The translations under genes and the position numbers were made by a program. From an uncultured Chthonomonadaceae bacterium (GTDB taxonomy: Bacteria; Armatimonadota; Chthonomonadetes; Chthonomonadales; Chthonomonadaceae): DNA of 64,000 nt. Shown piece by piece: positions 21,901-32,373 of this stretch (positions within the stretch are counted from its first letter, which is position 1; every line of letters begins with the position of its first letter). Location of the stretch: contig CAWIEK010000063.1 in assembly GCA_963835065.1 (NCBI GenBank), positions 192,001-256,000 of the forward strand. Reading direction: 5' to 3'. The notes under the pieces were generated by a model. That model saw nothing but the letters and a program-made list of their open reading frames with translations. It was not told where the DNA came from and ran no database searches.

Positions 21901-22163
21901 CGGAAGAGGACAAAACCTGTGAGCAATTGGGCTTGCCCGAAGGCACTGGTTACAAAAAGTGGCGAGACTGTACGGGAAAACGACTGACAGATTGCGAGGG
22001 ACCTTGTGGCATTGCAGGAGGAAAAGTAAAAAAATGCTGTGAGGTTCAGACTGCCCCGATTCATGGGACAGATAAAACTATCCATCAGTCGCATTGTGAA
22101 TGTGAAGGTGTGCCAGTTCGCATTCCCGGCCAACCTACGCCCACGCCTGTTGCAGCTGTCTGA
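18964..22163 (+). CDS. Tat-signal RHS/YD-repeat protein with Cys-rich C-terminal tip (about five single-base frameshifts)
   Basis: SRRSFLK twin-arginine motif; 'GPKWTHSY'; many YD repeats across ORFs 19331, 19968, 20134, 21107 and 21378; frame breaks near 19330, 19890, 20205, 21128, 21420. Confidence 0.85.
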
Positions 22164-22174
22164 GGAGAATCATC

Positions 22175-23368
22175 ATGGTCAAACAAGGCCTAGCAGCGCT
22201 TTGCCTGTTGCTTCTGGCAGTAGCATGGTGTCAGGCAGAAGCGCAGGCAGATACCAGCCATCAGCGAAATATTCCCCTGCACAACGTGCTGGCAACCGCG
22301 AAGTCCCTAGCGTTCACCGCCAAGCTGACGTATAGCAGTTATGGAGCGCCTTCAAACGTACGCAAACAGGGGCCAACCTTCCTGGTCAAAGTCCGCAAGC
22401 CCGACTGCCTGCGCATAGAGGAGCGTCTGGAGGACCTTCGCCACGCAAAGGGCAACTTTATTGTTGTTCCTTACGACGCTCTGATCACAAATGGCAAGTC
22501 GCAAATTGATCAGAACTTAACCTCAAAGAAGTACACACTACGCCCACCAGCCAGATCATTGGCTGAGGTGCAAAGTGAAGAAGGCATTGATTCCCTCGTC
22601 TGCTGTAGCCTTCTGTTCGCGCCTGACATGCTGCGCACTACCAGTGCGAAATATGAAGGAGAGGAGGTAATTGAGGGACAGAAAGTGGCCGTATACCGCG
22701 CGCCGCCCCCACAGATCGGCCACGCGCAGTATGTACTTTACCTCGATCCCGAAAGCGGCTTGCCGCGCCGCATCTCACTGTTCGACAAAGACGCAGACGG
22801 GCATATCTTCGAGTGGGAGCGCACAGACTTTAGTGACTGGCAGCTCAATCCAAACCTGCCGGACGCCTTGTTCGACACCACGCCGCCCGCTGACTTCCAC
22901 TTGGATCCACCGGATGAACCCGCCTATGATGCCAAGTGGAAAGCGGGCATGATGCCTACACCCTTACGCGCTTCCACTTTAGGGGGCAAGCCGCTGACGT
23001 TGGACACGTACAAGGGCAAAGTGCTGCTGGTGGACTATTGGGCGTCGTGGTGCGGGCCGTGTCTTGGGGAAATACCCGATGTATTGGCGATGTACCTGAA
23101 ACTGCACAAGCAAGGCTTCGACATCATCGGCATCTCACTTGACAAACCAGACCAACGCGCCCAACTGCACGAGTACCTCAATCGAAAACAACTGCCCTGG
23201 CCGCAGGTCTGCGACTATAAAGGCTTTAACAGTCCGCTTGCCGCTGCGTATCAGGTAAACGCCATTCCGTTCAACGTGCTGATTGGGCGCGACGGCAAGA
23301 TTGCGGGCATCAACCTGCATGGCGACGAACTCAAGCAGGCCGTGCAGAAAGCGTTAGGCAGCAAATAG
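22175..23368 (+). CDS. Secreted LolA-like domain + TlpA thiol-disulfide oxidoreductase
   Basis: Signal peptide; 'YLDPESGLPRRI...FSDWQLNPNLPDALF'; 'KGKVLLVDYWASWCGPC', 'YQVNAIP'. Confidence 0.88.
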   Translation: MVKQGLAALCLLLLAVAWCQAEAQADTSHQRNIPLHNVLATAKSLAFTAKLTYSSYGAPSNVRKQGPTFLVKVRKPDCLRIEERLEDLRHAKGNFIVVPYDALITNGKSQIDQNLTSKKYTLRPPARSLAEVQSEEGIDSLVCCSLLFAPDMLRTTSAKYEGEEVIEGQKVAVYRAPPPQIGHAQYVLYLDPESGLPRRISLFDKDADGHIFEWERTDFSDWQLNPNLPDALFDTTPPADFHLDPPDEPAYDAKWKAGMMPTPLRASTLGGKPLTLDTYKGKVLLVDYWASWCGPCLGEIPDVLAMYLKLHKQGFDIIGISLDKPDQRAQLHEYLNRKQLPWPQVCDYKGFNSPLAAAYQVNAIPFNVLIGRDGKIAGINLHGDELKQAVQKALGSK

Positions 23369-23467
23369 ACATACATCCCTGCGGCTCGGCTCTTTGAAAC
23401 AAAAGTACGGGACGCAGGGATGTTGTTTTACACCGCCCCAAATTGTGAGTCGAATGACGTATCTTGT

Positions 23468-23910
23468 CTAACCCGTAAGAGGGCCGTAGTACAGGCCGCG
23501 CGCCTGCGCCAATTCCTTGCCCTTGTCCAGCAGGGCGAGGCGTTCCGCGCTCGAAAGCGGCTTGTAACTGCGCGCTACTTTGACGGCCTGCCGCACCTCG
23601 TCCGCGCTGCTGAAGCCCACTACCGCGCAGCACACGCCCTTTACGCCCAGCGAATAGCGAATGGCCTGCGCGTGGTACGCGGCCAGCGTTGCCGGGATTT
23701 TGCCGTCGTACTTCCAGCCCATGCCCCGCCCAGCACCTTCATCGCTACAACCGCCGTGCCGTGCTTTTGCGCGGCGGGCAGCGCCAATCCCTCGAAATCA
23801 TACGTGTGCCGATCCGCGAAGTTGAGCGCGTTCATCGTCGGGTCAATGTGGCCGGTTTCAATTGCCTGCGCGAACCGGGGCGGGTGCATGTGCCCGCTGG
23901 TTCCGCTGGT
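23468..23910 (-). pseudogene. Aldo/keto reductase C-terminal fragment
   Basis: 'SGHMHP...ALNFADRHTYDFE...AMKVLGG' then 'AIRYSLG...VVGF' in another frame; N-terminal half absent. Confidence 0.7.
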
Positions 23911-23944
23911 TCATGCAAGACACGATGTTTACAAACTGCTGCGC

Positions 23945-26884
23945 CTACTTGATGATGGCAATCGGGAAATCCGGTACGGAGGGGGGCTTGGTGGTGGTTG
24001 GGTGCTGGCCGCCGCCGGTCAGTTCCTTGACGCGCTCGGACAGGAAATAGTCCAGACTTGTCACCGTGACGCGCCCGTCGCCCTTCAGGTCAGCCTTGCC
24101 GCTCAAGCCTTCCAGCAGGGCTTTGGTGAACGCGCCGTGTCCCCATTTAGCGTCTTCCAGCGCATACTCCTTGCCGGTTGAGGCGGCAAATACGACCGCG
24201 CCATTTGGGGCGTCCGCCAGTTCGTTGACGATTTTCACGATGTCCGATTCCAGCCCGCGCGTTTTGCCGCCCGCGCCGCCCGAATGACAAGTATCCACAA
24301 AGAACAGCACCTTACCCGCAATGTCTTTGACGGTCTTTTCCACCTCGTAAAACAACACGCCCGTACTGCGCTTGTGTTCCATGTCGAAGTTATAGGGCGC
24401 GTAATAGTAGTCGCCGTTGCTGTCGTTAACGCCATGCCCGGACAGGAAAATCATGGCAATATCCCGCGAGGTGGTCTGCTTTTGTATCCATTCCAGCCCG
24501 TCCAGAATGGAGTCCTTGCCTGCGCCGTCGTCCGTGAGCAGTTTTACTTCCACGTCCCGGTACAGTTTGCCGCCCTGCTGTTTCAGCGCGTCTGCAAAGT
24601 CTGTCGCGTCTTTGGCAGCGTAATTAAGCGTGTAATCGGGGTTTTTGTATTTGCTGACGCCACACGCCAGAATGTAGAGTTTGGGTTTGGTAATGTCAAC
24701 CGGAGCCTTGCCCTTCCAGCGCAGGCGAACGGTTGCGGGCTGGCCCGCGCCGTGTTTGTTTTCCGCGATAATGGACAATTCGCAGTCGTGGTCAGGAAGG
24801 GTCACATCCAGCGTTTGCGTGGACTCGGCGCTCGGCTTGTCGGCCACCTCCTGTATGCGCCGCGCATTGCTCATTGGACGCCCATCTATGAGGGCGCGAA
24901 CGCCCGTGATGGGCGCGTCGGCAGGCGAGCGAACCGTAAACTGAACCTTCACGCTGGCATCGGCCTGTTCGGTATTGTTTTGCGGCGAAACAATGGCGAC
25001 AACGGGCGGCAGGGTTTTATTGACATCCGCCACATTGGTTTTGCGGCCCCGCGCCGCATCCGCCTGTTTCAAGGCCGCGTCTTCATCCCCGGTTTTGAGC
25101 ATCCGCTCCACAACATCCGGGCGATAGTACGTATCGCGGAACCGGGACGCGGGGAAAAAGTCCGCCGACTGGGCCTTACCCCGATTGATGTGCCAGCCAA
25201 TCAGGTCTTCACTGCCGACTGCCGCGTCGTAATAGCCGCTCGCGGTCCAGGCGATCCACTGTTTCTGGTCTATGTGCGGAAACACCGATAGCAGCAGAGT
25301 GGGTTCCTTGATATGAATCCAGCGAATCGTTCCATCGTTAATCAGCAGCACGGCGGTTTCGCCGTCTTTGCTGACATTGATCTGCCAGGCAACGCCGGGT
25401 GTGGCAAGCGCCCACTCCTCTTTGCCGTTCGCGTCCAGCAGGCGCAGCGCGAAATCGCCGCCGAGCAGAAATCGCTTATGATCGGGCAGAATTGCCAGGC
25501 TGCGGGCCGCTTCGTTCATGCTCAGTTCGATGGGCTTACCGTTCACTTTGGGGTGCATGCCGTTTTCCCAATCCGTGATTTTCAGTCCGGGTACGCCCAC
25601 AATAGCATCATGCAGTCCGGCTTTTTCTCCCGCCGCAAGCGCGTCCCTGGGATTGTCGGCAATGCCGGTTTCCATTTTGCGCTGTGAAGCGTGGAAGCGG
25701 ACGGTTGCTTTGTCGTTGGGCAGCGTGGAAAACTGAACGGTTTCGGCATCATCGGAAATCAAAAACGTGGTGCGCTGCATGTCAACGGTGGGGGATTCAA
25801 ACAGGCGGGCTTTATCGCCCTCCAGAACGCCCCACAGCGGATCGCCTGCCGCGTAAAGCATCGGCCCGATTTTGAGGGGACGCAGAGCCGTGATCGTCTG
25901 GCTGGATGCGGCTATGTCCACGAACTTGCCTTTACCGCCCTGATCGTAACGGCGAATGATCCGAACGGCGGTGTTGTTTTGAACCACAGCCGTTCGACCT
26001 GCCGCAAACAACGATTTGCCGTCGGCAGACCACGCCACCTCATCAAAGGCGGAACCGGGCAGTTTGACATCCTCGGTTGCGGGCGCGTACAGCAGGGACA
26101 GGTCTTTGACGGCAAGCACGTTGATGTTTTTGGTGTCGCCGAATCCGACCGCGAGTTTGTCGCCTTCGGGCGAAAACGCGACCGCATGGGGGTGTGTGCC
26201 GCCGGACGCTTTCTGGCGAATGGCGAGTTTGTAATCCGGCGTGTAGACGCGAATAAAGCCGTCTATGGCGGCAACGGCCAGCACGCCATCGGATCGGAAA
26301 TCCATCCCTACACAGTCCCCGGCATACTCTTTGTCCTCCAGAACCGTGCCGCCATCCGATACGCGCAAGACGCGCAGCCCCTGCTTGCCGGCCAGCCCCG
26401 CCGCAATGGTTTTGCCGTCGGGCGCATAGCGCAACACCTGCACGGCTTCCGGCAGGCCGGTCAGGCGGCGCGTGAGTTCGCCCGTCGTTCGGTCGAACAG
26501 GTAGATGCTGATGGCCTTATCCCACGCATAGCCCGTGATGCCGCTGCACGCGATCTGTTTGCCATCGGGCGAAATCGCAACGGAATACAACTGCCCGTCG
26601 CCGCTCCCGAAGGGAACATGAACCGTTCGCTGCAATTCGCCCGAAGCCAGGTCCCAGATACGGAGTGTGCCGTCCAGCGAACACGTTGCGAAGAACGTTT
26701 CTTTTGCGTCTACCGCCAAATCTTTAATCACGCCCGTATGGGTTTTGGTTTCCACCCGCAGCATGGGCTTTGTCGGCGGCTCGTCCGCGTATCCGCGCGT
26801 TCCGATTGCGCCGAACAGCAGGGCCAATCCCGCCAGCAGCGAACCTTTATTTACGACGCGACGCGCGTTTGTGATGCCCAACAT
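23945..26884 (-). CDS. Secreted WD40-repeat protein with C-terminal caspase-like (C14) domain
   Basis: Signal peptide; WD40 'HTGVIKDLAVD...SLDGTLRIWDL'; dyad 'FLSGHG' and 'VDTCHSG'; 'GHGAFTKALLEGL'. Confidence 0.9.
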   Translation of the reverse strand: MLGITNARRVVNKGSLLAGLALLFGAIGTRGYADEPPTKPMLRVETKTHTGVIKDLAVDAKETFFATCSLDGTLRIWDLASGELQRTVHVPFGSGDGQLYSVAISPDGKQIACSGITGYAWDKAISIYLFDRTTGELTRRLTGLPEAVQVLRYAPDGKTIAAGLAGKQGLRVLRVSDGGTVLEDKEYAGDCVGMDFRSDGVLAVAAIDGFIRVYTPDYKLAIRQKASGGTHPHAVAFSPEGDKLAVGFGDTKNINVLAVKDLSLLYAPATEDVKLPGSAFDEVAWSADGKSLFAAGRTAVVQNNTAVRIIRRYDQGGKGKFVDIAASSQTITALRPLKIGPMLYAAGDPLWGVLEGDKARLFESPTVDMQRTTFLISDDAETVQFSTLPNDKATVRFHASQRKMETGIADNPRDALAAGEKAGLHDAIVGVPGLKITDWENGMHPKVNGKPIELSMNEAARSLAILPDHKRFLLGGDFALRLLDANGKEEWALATPGVAWQINVSKDGETAVLLINDGTIRWIHIKEPTLLLSVFPHIDQKQWIAWTASGYYDAAVGSEDLIGWHINRGKAQSADFFPASRFRDTYYRPDVVERMLKTGDEDAALKQADAARGRKTNVADVNKTLPPVVAIVSPQNNTEQADASVKVQFTVRSPADAPITGVRALIDGRPMSNARRIQEVADKPSAESTQTLDVTLPDHDCELSIIAENKHGAGQPATVRLRWKGKAPVDITKPKLYILACGVSKYKNPDYTLNYAAKDATDFADALKQQGGKLYRDVEVKLLTDDGAGKDSILDGLEWIQKQTTSRDIAMIFLSGHGVNDSNGDYYYAPYNFDMEHKRSTGVLFYEVEKTVKDIAGKVLFFVDTCHSGGAGGKTRGLESDIVKIVNELADAPNGAVVFAASTGKEYALEDAKWGHGAFTKALLEGLSGKADLKGDGRVTVTSLDYFLSERVKELTGGGQHPTTTKPPSVPDFPIAIIK

Positions 26885-26894
26885 GGCGAACTCC

Positions 26895-28112
26895 TTATTT
26901 TGGCGTGGTAATGCGCAGTTTCTGAACGCGCCAGCCTTCGGGCGCATGGGAAATCTCATCCAGCAGTTGTTTCAAAGCGGAGGCAGGTTCGGAACGGTTT
27001 TCCTGATTGCCGACGCCATTGAGCATCTGAACGGACGCTTCATTCTGCTCCTGGAGGCATACACGCAGGGAATAAGCCGGCGCGCTCTGTAGCGACGGAA
27101 TAAATTTCTTCGCTATGCGCCTGCGGCGGAGTGTCCGAAGGACACAAGCGTCTGCCGTAAGGGAGTTCCGTCCGAAGGATGATTTGGCGGAACGCCGCGC
27201 AGCAAGGAAATGAATTTCCTTGCCCGCATTTAGTCGCTTGCCGGGGGCGCGAACTACATTGAAAATGTTACTTCCCGGCTTTGATGGCCCGCAGAATACA
27301 ATCCACGCCTCCCCCGAACCCTCCGGCAACAAAACCGCCTTTGATAAGGATGTTTGTCCCTTGCGAACCGTCCAACATTCGCCCGCTTCGGATAGACGCG
27401 CCAGATGAAGGCCATTGGCGGAATCACTCAGGAGCAGGTAGGCGCGGCAGGAAACATTCCGGCGGGAGCGCAGGCGGAACGAATGGCCTGCTGTAATCTG
27501 GCGCAGGGGGCGCGCTTCATCATCCGCGCTGACGATTTCCCAGAGCGCGTTTTGCGTCGTCAATTGGGACAAGAGGCGCGTCCATTGCGCCGGGACAGCG
27601 ACCGCATCGGCGTTTAAGCAGGCGACAATCCGGCTTCCCGTTTCGCCCACCAATCCCAGCGCGTGAACGCGCGGGTCGCGGCGGAGATTGACGGTCAGGC
27701 TGCGCAGGGAATCGGCGGTTCCCGCCCATTGCCCGACCAGAGCGTGGGGCGCGGACTCTCGAAACAGGCGCGTGACCAGCAGAAAACGCGCGTTTGTTTC
27801 GTCCGCGCCACCGGTAAAACTCAACTCCCCCTCCACAGTATAGCGCAGGGAAGAGGAGATTTGCTGTGAGGGCGGGCTGCCTTCCACCCCAACCTGAACT
27901 GTTTTCGGGGCGTGATCGGTCAGGAAGCGGGCAAGCGCGGTTGTCAGGCGCGCGTTCAGGCCGCGTTCCAATCCGCCGCCGTCGCGCAGGGGGCGGATGG
28001 TCAGCGTCGTTGCTTGCGCGTGTGTCCGCGTCAGGCAGGTACACGCCAACATCAGCGCCATCAGAGTTGCGCCTGCGCGTTGTATCAACACACACACGAA
28101 GCCTCGCATCAT
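26895..28112 (-). CDS. Secreted hypothetical protein
   Basis: Signal peptide ending 'THAQA'; overlaps upstream stop (ATGA-type coupling). Confidence 0.7.
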   Translation of the reverse strand: MMRGFVCVLIQRAGATLMALMLACTCLTRTHAQATTLTIRPLRDGGGLERGLNARLTTALARFLTDHAPKTVQVGVEGSPPSQQISSSLRYTVEGELSFTGGADETNARFLLVTRLFRESAPHALVGQWAGTADSLRSLTVNLRRDPRVHALGLVGETGSRIVACLNADAVAVPAQWTRLLSQLTTQNALWEIVSADDEARPLRQITAGHSFRLRSRRNVSCRAYLLLSDSANGLHLARLSEAGECWTVRKGQTSLSKAVLLPEGSGEAWIVFCGPSKPGSNIFNVVRAPGKRLNAGKEIHFLAARRSAKSSFGRNSLTADACVLRTLRRRRIAKKFIPSLQSAPAYSLRVCLQEQNEASVQMLNGVGNQENRSEPASALKQLLDEISHAPEGWRVQKLRITTPK

Positions 28113-29485
28113 TCCACTCCGAACGTCAGGCCGAACGTGTAGTAGGGCTGGCGCTGCGTTTCCGTTTCTATGATACGCTTCATTTTGCGCGGTTCCGCCC
28201 CGTCCTGCGGAAACGCCTTGATTAAGGCGGCGGCATTAGCTTCGTCGGTAAACAGCAGGGCTTTCACGCGCTCCACGCCCGGAGTGTCGGCGGCATACGA
28301 GCGGCCTGAAGCGATGGGCAGGCGAACCACGCTGTTGGCCGAAACCCGCGCCGCGTCCATGCTGCGATTGGCAGGAAACAGCAGGTACACTTTGCCATCG
28401 GTATCTTTTTCCAGCAAAACCAGCCAGCCACTTTGCGCGCCGATTTTGGCTTCAAAAGTAAACGTCTGTTTTACCTTGACCGTGTTCAATCCCGGCGTCA
28501 TGGTCAGCGCGAACAGCGCAGTATCGGTATGGTCCTGGTTGAAATCGTCCCATGCGGTGCGCTTCGGCTCCGGTTTGGGGGACGGGTCGGGTGGGGGCGC
28601 GGGCGTATCCTTGCCGTCAAAGACAGGGCGCGTGGCATAATCGGTCGGGCTGAGTTTGGGCGTTTGCGTCTGCTCCATGTAATCGGCCACTTCGCCGGTC
28701 ACGTCCTTTTGCACCTCGTTCCACAGCGTTTGCGGCGTTGTTTTTTGCAGGCGGGCTGTCAGAAAATGCGTAAACACGCCGCCGCGCTGTCCATCAAAAT
28801 CGTCCTCGCCCGAAGTCTGATTGGCAAGCGAGGCCGTGAAATACACGATTTCCGCGCCTTTTGAGATGTGGTCGTTGCTGTCGCTCTGCACTTCAAGAAT
28901 GGCGCGGCGTCCGTCATTGCCGCCATTGTTTCCGCCGTTGCCGCTTCCATTTGCCGCAGTCCCGCGCTTGTAAAAGCGAGTTTTTTTAACCTGATGTCCT
29001 AACGCGCGCCGACTTAGCCCGCCCGAAAAGCACGAGTCGAGCAGCACGGTTCGGCTGCGGGCGGGAACCGCCATCAGCGCGTTGTACAGTTCATCGCGCA
29101 GCAGGTCGCTGGCTTCTGTCTTTTCGCTGGCATCGCCTGGCAACAGGGCGGACGCGCCATCCGACCCCACGACGCCATGACCGGCAAAGTAGAATACGAA
29201 CCGCTCGTCACTCCGAACCTCGGTTTTCATTTGGGCAAGCGCGTCCAGAATGGCGCGTTTGGACGCCTGCTCGTTTACCAGCGTTTTAACGGTAAAGCCC
29301 CTTCCGGTCAGCGTCTTTTCCATGTTGCGCGTGTCGTTGACGCAGCCCTCCAGATTGCTGCCCCGCGTCAGTTTCGGGTACTCGTTGACGCCGACAAGCA
29401 GCGCCTTATCGGCCCGCGCGTTCGCCCCCACGCCCATCAATCCGCTCACCGCCGCTAACGCAAATAAACCATGCAAACATTTCAT
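28109..29485 (-). CDS. Secreted caspase-like (C14) protease with DUF4384-like C-terminus
   Basis: Signal peptide; 'KALLVGVNEY', 'LEGCVND', 'FAGHG', 'LDSCFSG'; 'GKVYLLFP...PGVERVKA'. Confidence 0.88.
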   Translation of the reverse strand: MKCLHGLFALAAVSGLMGVGANARADKALLVGVNEYPKLTRGSNLEGCVNDTRNMEKTLTGRGFTVKTLVNEQASKRAILDALAQMKTEVRSDERFVFYFAGHGVVGSDGASALLPGDASEKTEASDLLRDELYNALMAVPARSRTVLLDSCFSGGLSRRALGHQVKKTRFYKRGTAANGSGNGGNNGGNDGRRAILEVQSDSNDHISKGAEIVYFTASLANQTSGEDDFDGQRGGVFTHFLTARLQKTTPQTLWNEVQKDVTGEVADYMEQTQTPKLSPTDYATRPVFDGKDTPAPPPDPSPKPEPKRTAWDDFNQDHTDTALFALTMTPGLNTVKVKQTFTFEAKIGAQSGWLVLLEKDTDGKVYLLFPANRSMDAARVSANSVVRLPIASGRSYAADTPGVERVKALLFTDEANAAALIKAFPQDGAEPRKMKRIIETETQRQPYYTFGLTFGVE

Positions 29486-29487
29486 TC

Positions 29488-30474
29488 TTATTTCTCCGCA
29501 GGCTCTAAAATGATACTGGCCGTCAGTTGCACGGGTTTTGTCGAGCGGGCAATTGGTCCGCCTGGGCGCTGGCCCCAGCCCTCGATGGCCTGATTGGCGA
29601 CAAAATCCTCATCCAGCCAGACGAATCCCTTGTTGGCCCATTTGTCCGACCACGAATTGACCATCAAAAAGGCGTGTTTGTCTTCGTCGTAGCCCACGAT
29701 GCACACGGCGTGAAGTCCGGCCAGTTCGCCCTTTTTCTCCGTTGGTTTGTACACGAAATCAGGGTCATGGGGAACGCCGAAAAACTCCTGGTAAACAGGG
29801 ATGCCAATGACGAACGGCTGGCGGGTTTCCCACAGCCAATTACGCAGTTTGTCCGCGTCCCCGGCCTCGCCCGCAACGCTGCCTTTGAACAGGCTAACGG
29901 TTTGCCGCGCTTTGTAGCGCGCGGCCCGCGATTTGATTGCATCCGAGGGCTGGCTGTCCGGGTCGGATTCTTTCCAGGGCATGTCGGCAAGCGTGGCGCA
30001 GCCCTGTTTGGCAAGGATGTCGAATGCCTGATAGATGTGCATCCCTTTTTTGGGGTTGCCCGCATTAAACTGATGCCAGATGAACGCGGGGCTGAACTGA
30101 AAACGCGCGTCCTTGCGCTCTTCGGGCGATAATTTGCGCTGTCGCGCAATGGACGTGGAGTAGCAGTAGTACGCCGTTGACCAGCCTACGCACGACCCGG
30201 TTTCGCCCTGATTCGCCACGTCGGGCAAGTCGGCGGCAAGGCTGAATTGTTTGGGACGATCCGCGCTCCGCGTGGCGGCGATACGCGCATGGGGATGACT
30301 GGCGAACGCCTCAGCAGGGGAAGCCACGCAGCCCATTCCCTGCGCGTTACTCCGTGAAGCCAACCCCGCCATGCCCACGAACAGAAGCGCGGAAACTCGA
30401 AAATACCGCGCCACTCTGCGCGAACGTTGTGTATTATGCGAGGCGCTGCGGAAATAGGGTTTGAGTAGAGCCAT
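29488..30474 (-). CDS. Secreted papain-like C1A cysteine peptidase
   Basis: 'NQGETGSCVGWS', 'GLHAVCIVGYD', 'VNSWSDKWANKG'; signal peptide. Confidence 0.9.
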   Translation of the reverse strand: MALLKPYFRSASHNTQRSRRVARYFRVSALLFVGMAGLASRSNAQGMGCVASPAEAFASHPHARIAATRSADRPKQFSLAADLPDVANQGETGSCVGWSTAYYCYSTSIARQRKLSPEERKDARFQFSPAFIWHQFNAGNPKKGMHIYQAFDILAKQGCATLADMPWKESDPDSQPSDAIKSRAARYKARQTVSLFKGSVAGEAGDADKLRNWLWETRQPFVIGIPVYQEFFGVPHDPDFVYKPTEKKGELAGLHAVCIVGYDEDKHAFLMVNSWSDKWANKGFVWLDEDFVANQAIEGWGQRPGGPIARSTKPVQLTASIILEPAEK

Positions 30475-30760
30475 AGATATTCCCCTCGAAAAACTATGAT
30501 ATGTCGGATTTAAAGCGTGATGGTACCCAGCCAAAAATTAGGATGGCAAACGTTAGCAGCGGCGACAAAGGTTTCGGGAGCGTCATACGCGCGGCGGTAG
30601 TCGTGCCTTTACTCGCCGCCCGGTTCGCAGGCGCCGGCACAGCAAAGAATAGCCCGCTTGTATTTATTACCCTGCGTGACAAGTGACCTAGCAGGTTAAA
30701 AAAGAAGGGGATCGAAATCCGGGCGTGTTACAAAATTGATTTGGCGTAAAGCCGAGGGAC

Positions 30761-31613
30761 TCACCGGGCGGAAGCGACGTGGGTTTGATCGTTCAATTCG
30801 TTCAATTCGATGGTGGCGGCGGCGCGGCGCGTGTCTTTGCCGTTGCTCAGTTCCATGTAGATGGTCTGCTTGCCGGTGGTGGCATCCAGTTTCCAGGAGC
30901 GCTTCGCCTGAAACGGTTCCCATTCGGTCCAGTGAATGCCGTCGCTGCTGTAACGCGCCTGCTGCGCCCATTTCTCGCCATGCGCGTAAATCTGCACGTC
31001 CGGGGATTTGGTCTGCGGCACATCGTTGTTAATGATCAGCGGGAAAACGTCACGGCGCGTGCCGAAGTCCTGTACCCAATAATCCTGCAAGTCGCTGTTC
31101 GGCGCGTGGACATAAGCCACGCCGATCTCGCGGAAGTCGGGGTTCAGCAAATTGGCGCGGTGACCGGGGCTGCGCATCCATTCGACGACAACCTGCTCCG
31201 GCGATTGCTGTCCGCCCGCGATGTTTTCGCCGATCATGGCATAGCCCTTATAACCGAAGTCCGGCAGGCGCGGCTCGATGTGCCGTCCCTGACGATCCTC
31301 GTGCGCAAAATAATTATTGGTCGCCATGTCGTCGGCCATCCAATGCGCGGCGCGGGTCAGGCTGTCTTCGCGCTTGACCGGAGCGACGCCGGCTTTGGCG
31401 CGCTCCACATTGGTCAGTTCGATCACGCGGTCAATAAAGCGCGAAGCGCGGGCTTCTGCCGCCGCCGAGAGAAACCACCAGGGAAGGACGCGCTGTTTTC
31501 TGCGCCATCGCCGCCATTCCACAGCACAACAGACCGATTGCCATCAGAAGAGAGAAAGTCAGAAAAGAAACATTCCGAAAAGAAAAAGTCCGAACTCGCA
31601 TTGCACGTTTCAC
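30761..31613 (-). CDS. Secreted CAP/SCP domain protein (frameshift near 31470)
   Basis: 'VIELTNVERAKAG', 'GENIAGG', 'WMRSPGHRANLL', 'YWVQDFG'; signal peptide in ORF 31431..31613. Confidence 0.85.
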
Positions 31614-32173
31614 CTTTCAGCGCGCAGCATCAAGCCGTTTGAAATGTCGGCGGCTGCTCCCATGATCTCACAGTGTGAGTTTCACGGGAACAAGGATAAC
31701 CGCAATGCTTTTCCGTCGCCGTTACTCACGTTACATTATCAGTGTGAGACGCGGCAATCTTCAGGCATAAATGCGCGAAAAGGACGTAAAAGTATCGAGG
31801 CGCGGCCATTCCAAACCATTCAGACCCAAATGTGGCGCTGGCTGTAATAACAACGGGAAAACAAAATACAGGCGGAAAATGGAAAACGGCAGGGTGTTCC
31901 AGACAGAAGCATCGAGGCTGCTGCGTTGCGGAGCGTCAATACGGCAACGCGGCAATGACTGTATTATAACGTATAAAAGCGCGAATATGACGCGCGGAAA
32001 GCAACCAAATTAACGAAAACCGGTAAATTTACACCTAAAGGTTTACCGTCAGAATCGCCTTTGCCGCAAAGATGCAACAGACATTTGCTATAGTGACGAA
32101 TTTTGGCGGAAAGGCGCATTCAGAAAATAATGACTCTGCGGGGAACGCGCCGCCTGTTGTGTTTTGATTCGCC

Positions 32174-32202
32174 TTGACTTTCACCAAACCCTATGCTATA
32201 AT
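32174..32202 (+). promoter_or_regulatory. Sigma70 promoter of the tRNA-tuf operon
   Basis: TTGACT-17 nt-TATAAT with extended TG. Confidence 0.75.
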
Positions 32203-32373
32203 TCATTGCATACTCGGTAGAACCCAATGTTCGCCGAGTAAAACTTTGTCTGCCGACAGTGCGCACTTTTTCACAAGCCACACTGTCATGTAGATAGAGT
32301 GAGAGTGAAGCGTGAGACTGAGAGTAAAATTCACTTTTATTCTCATTACTCTCCTCTCACTGTTTGCTGACGT

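Noticed and set aside
31850..32170. AT-rich intergenic region with a weak palindrome as oriC or ncRNA
   Set aside because: No DnaA boxes or recognisable RNA motif seen; explained as a divergent promoter region.
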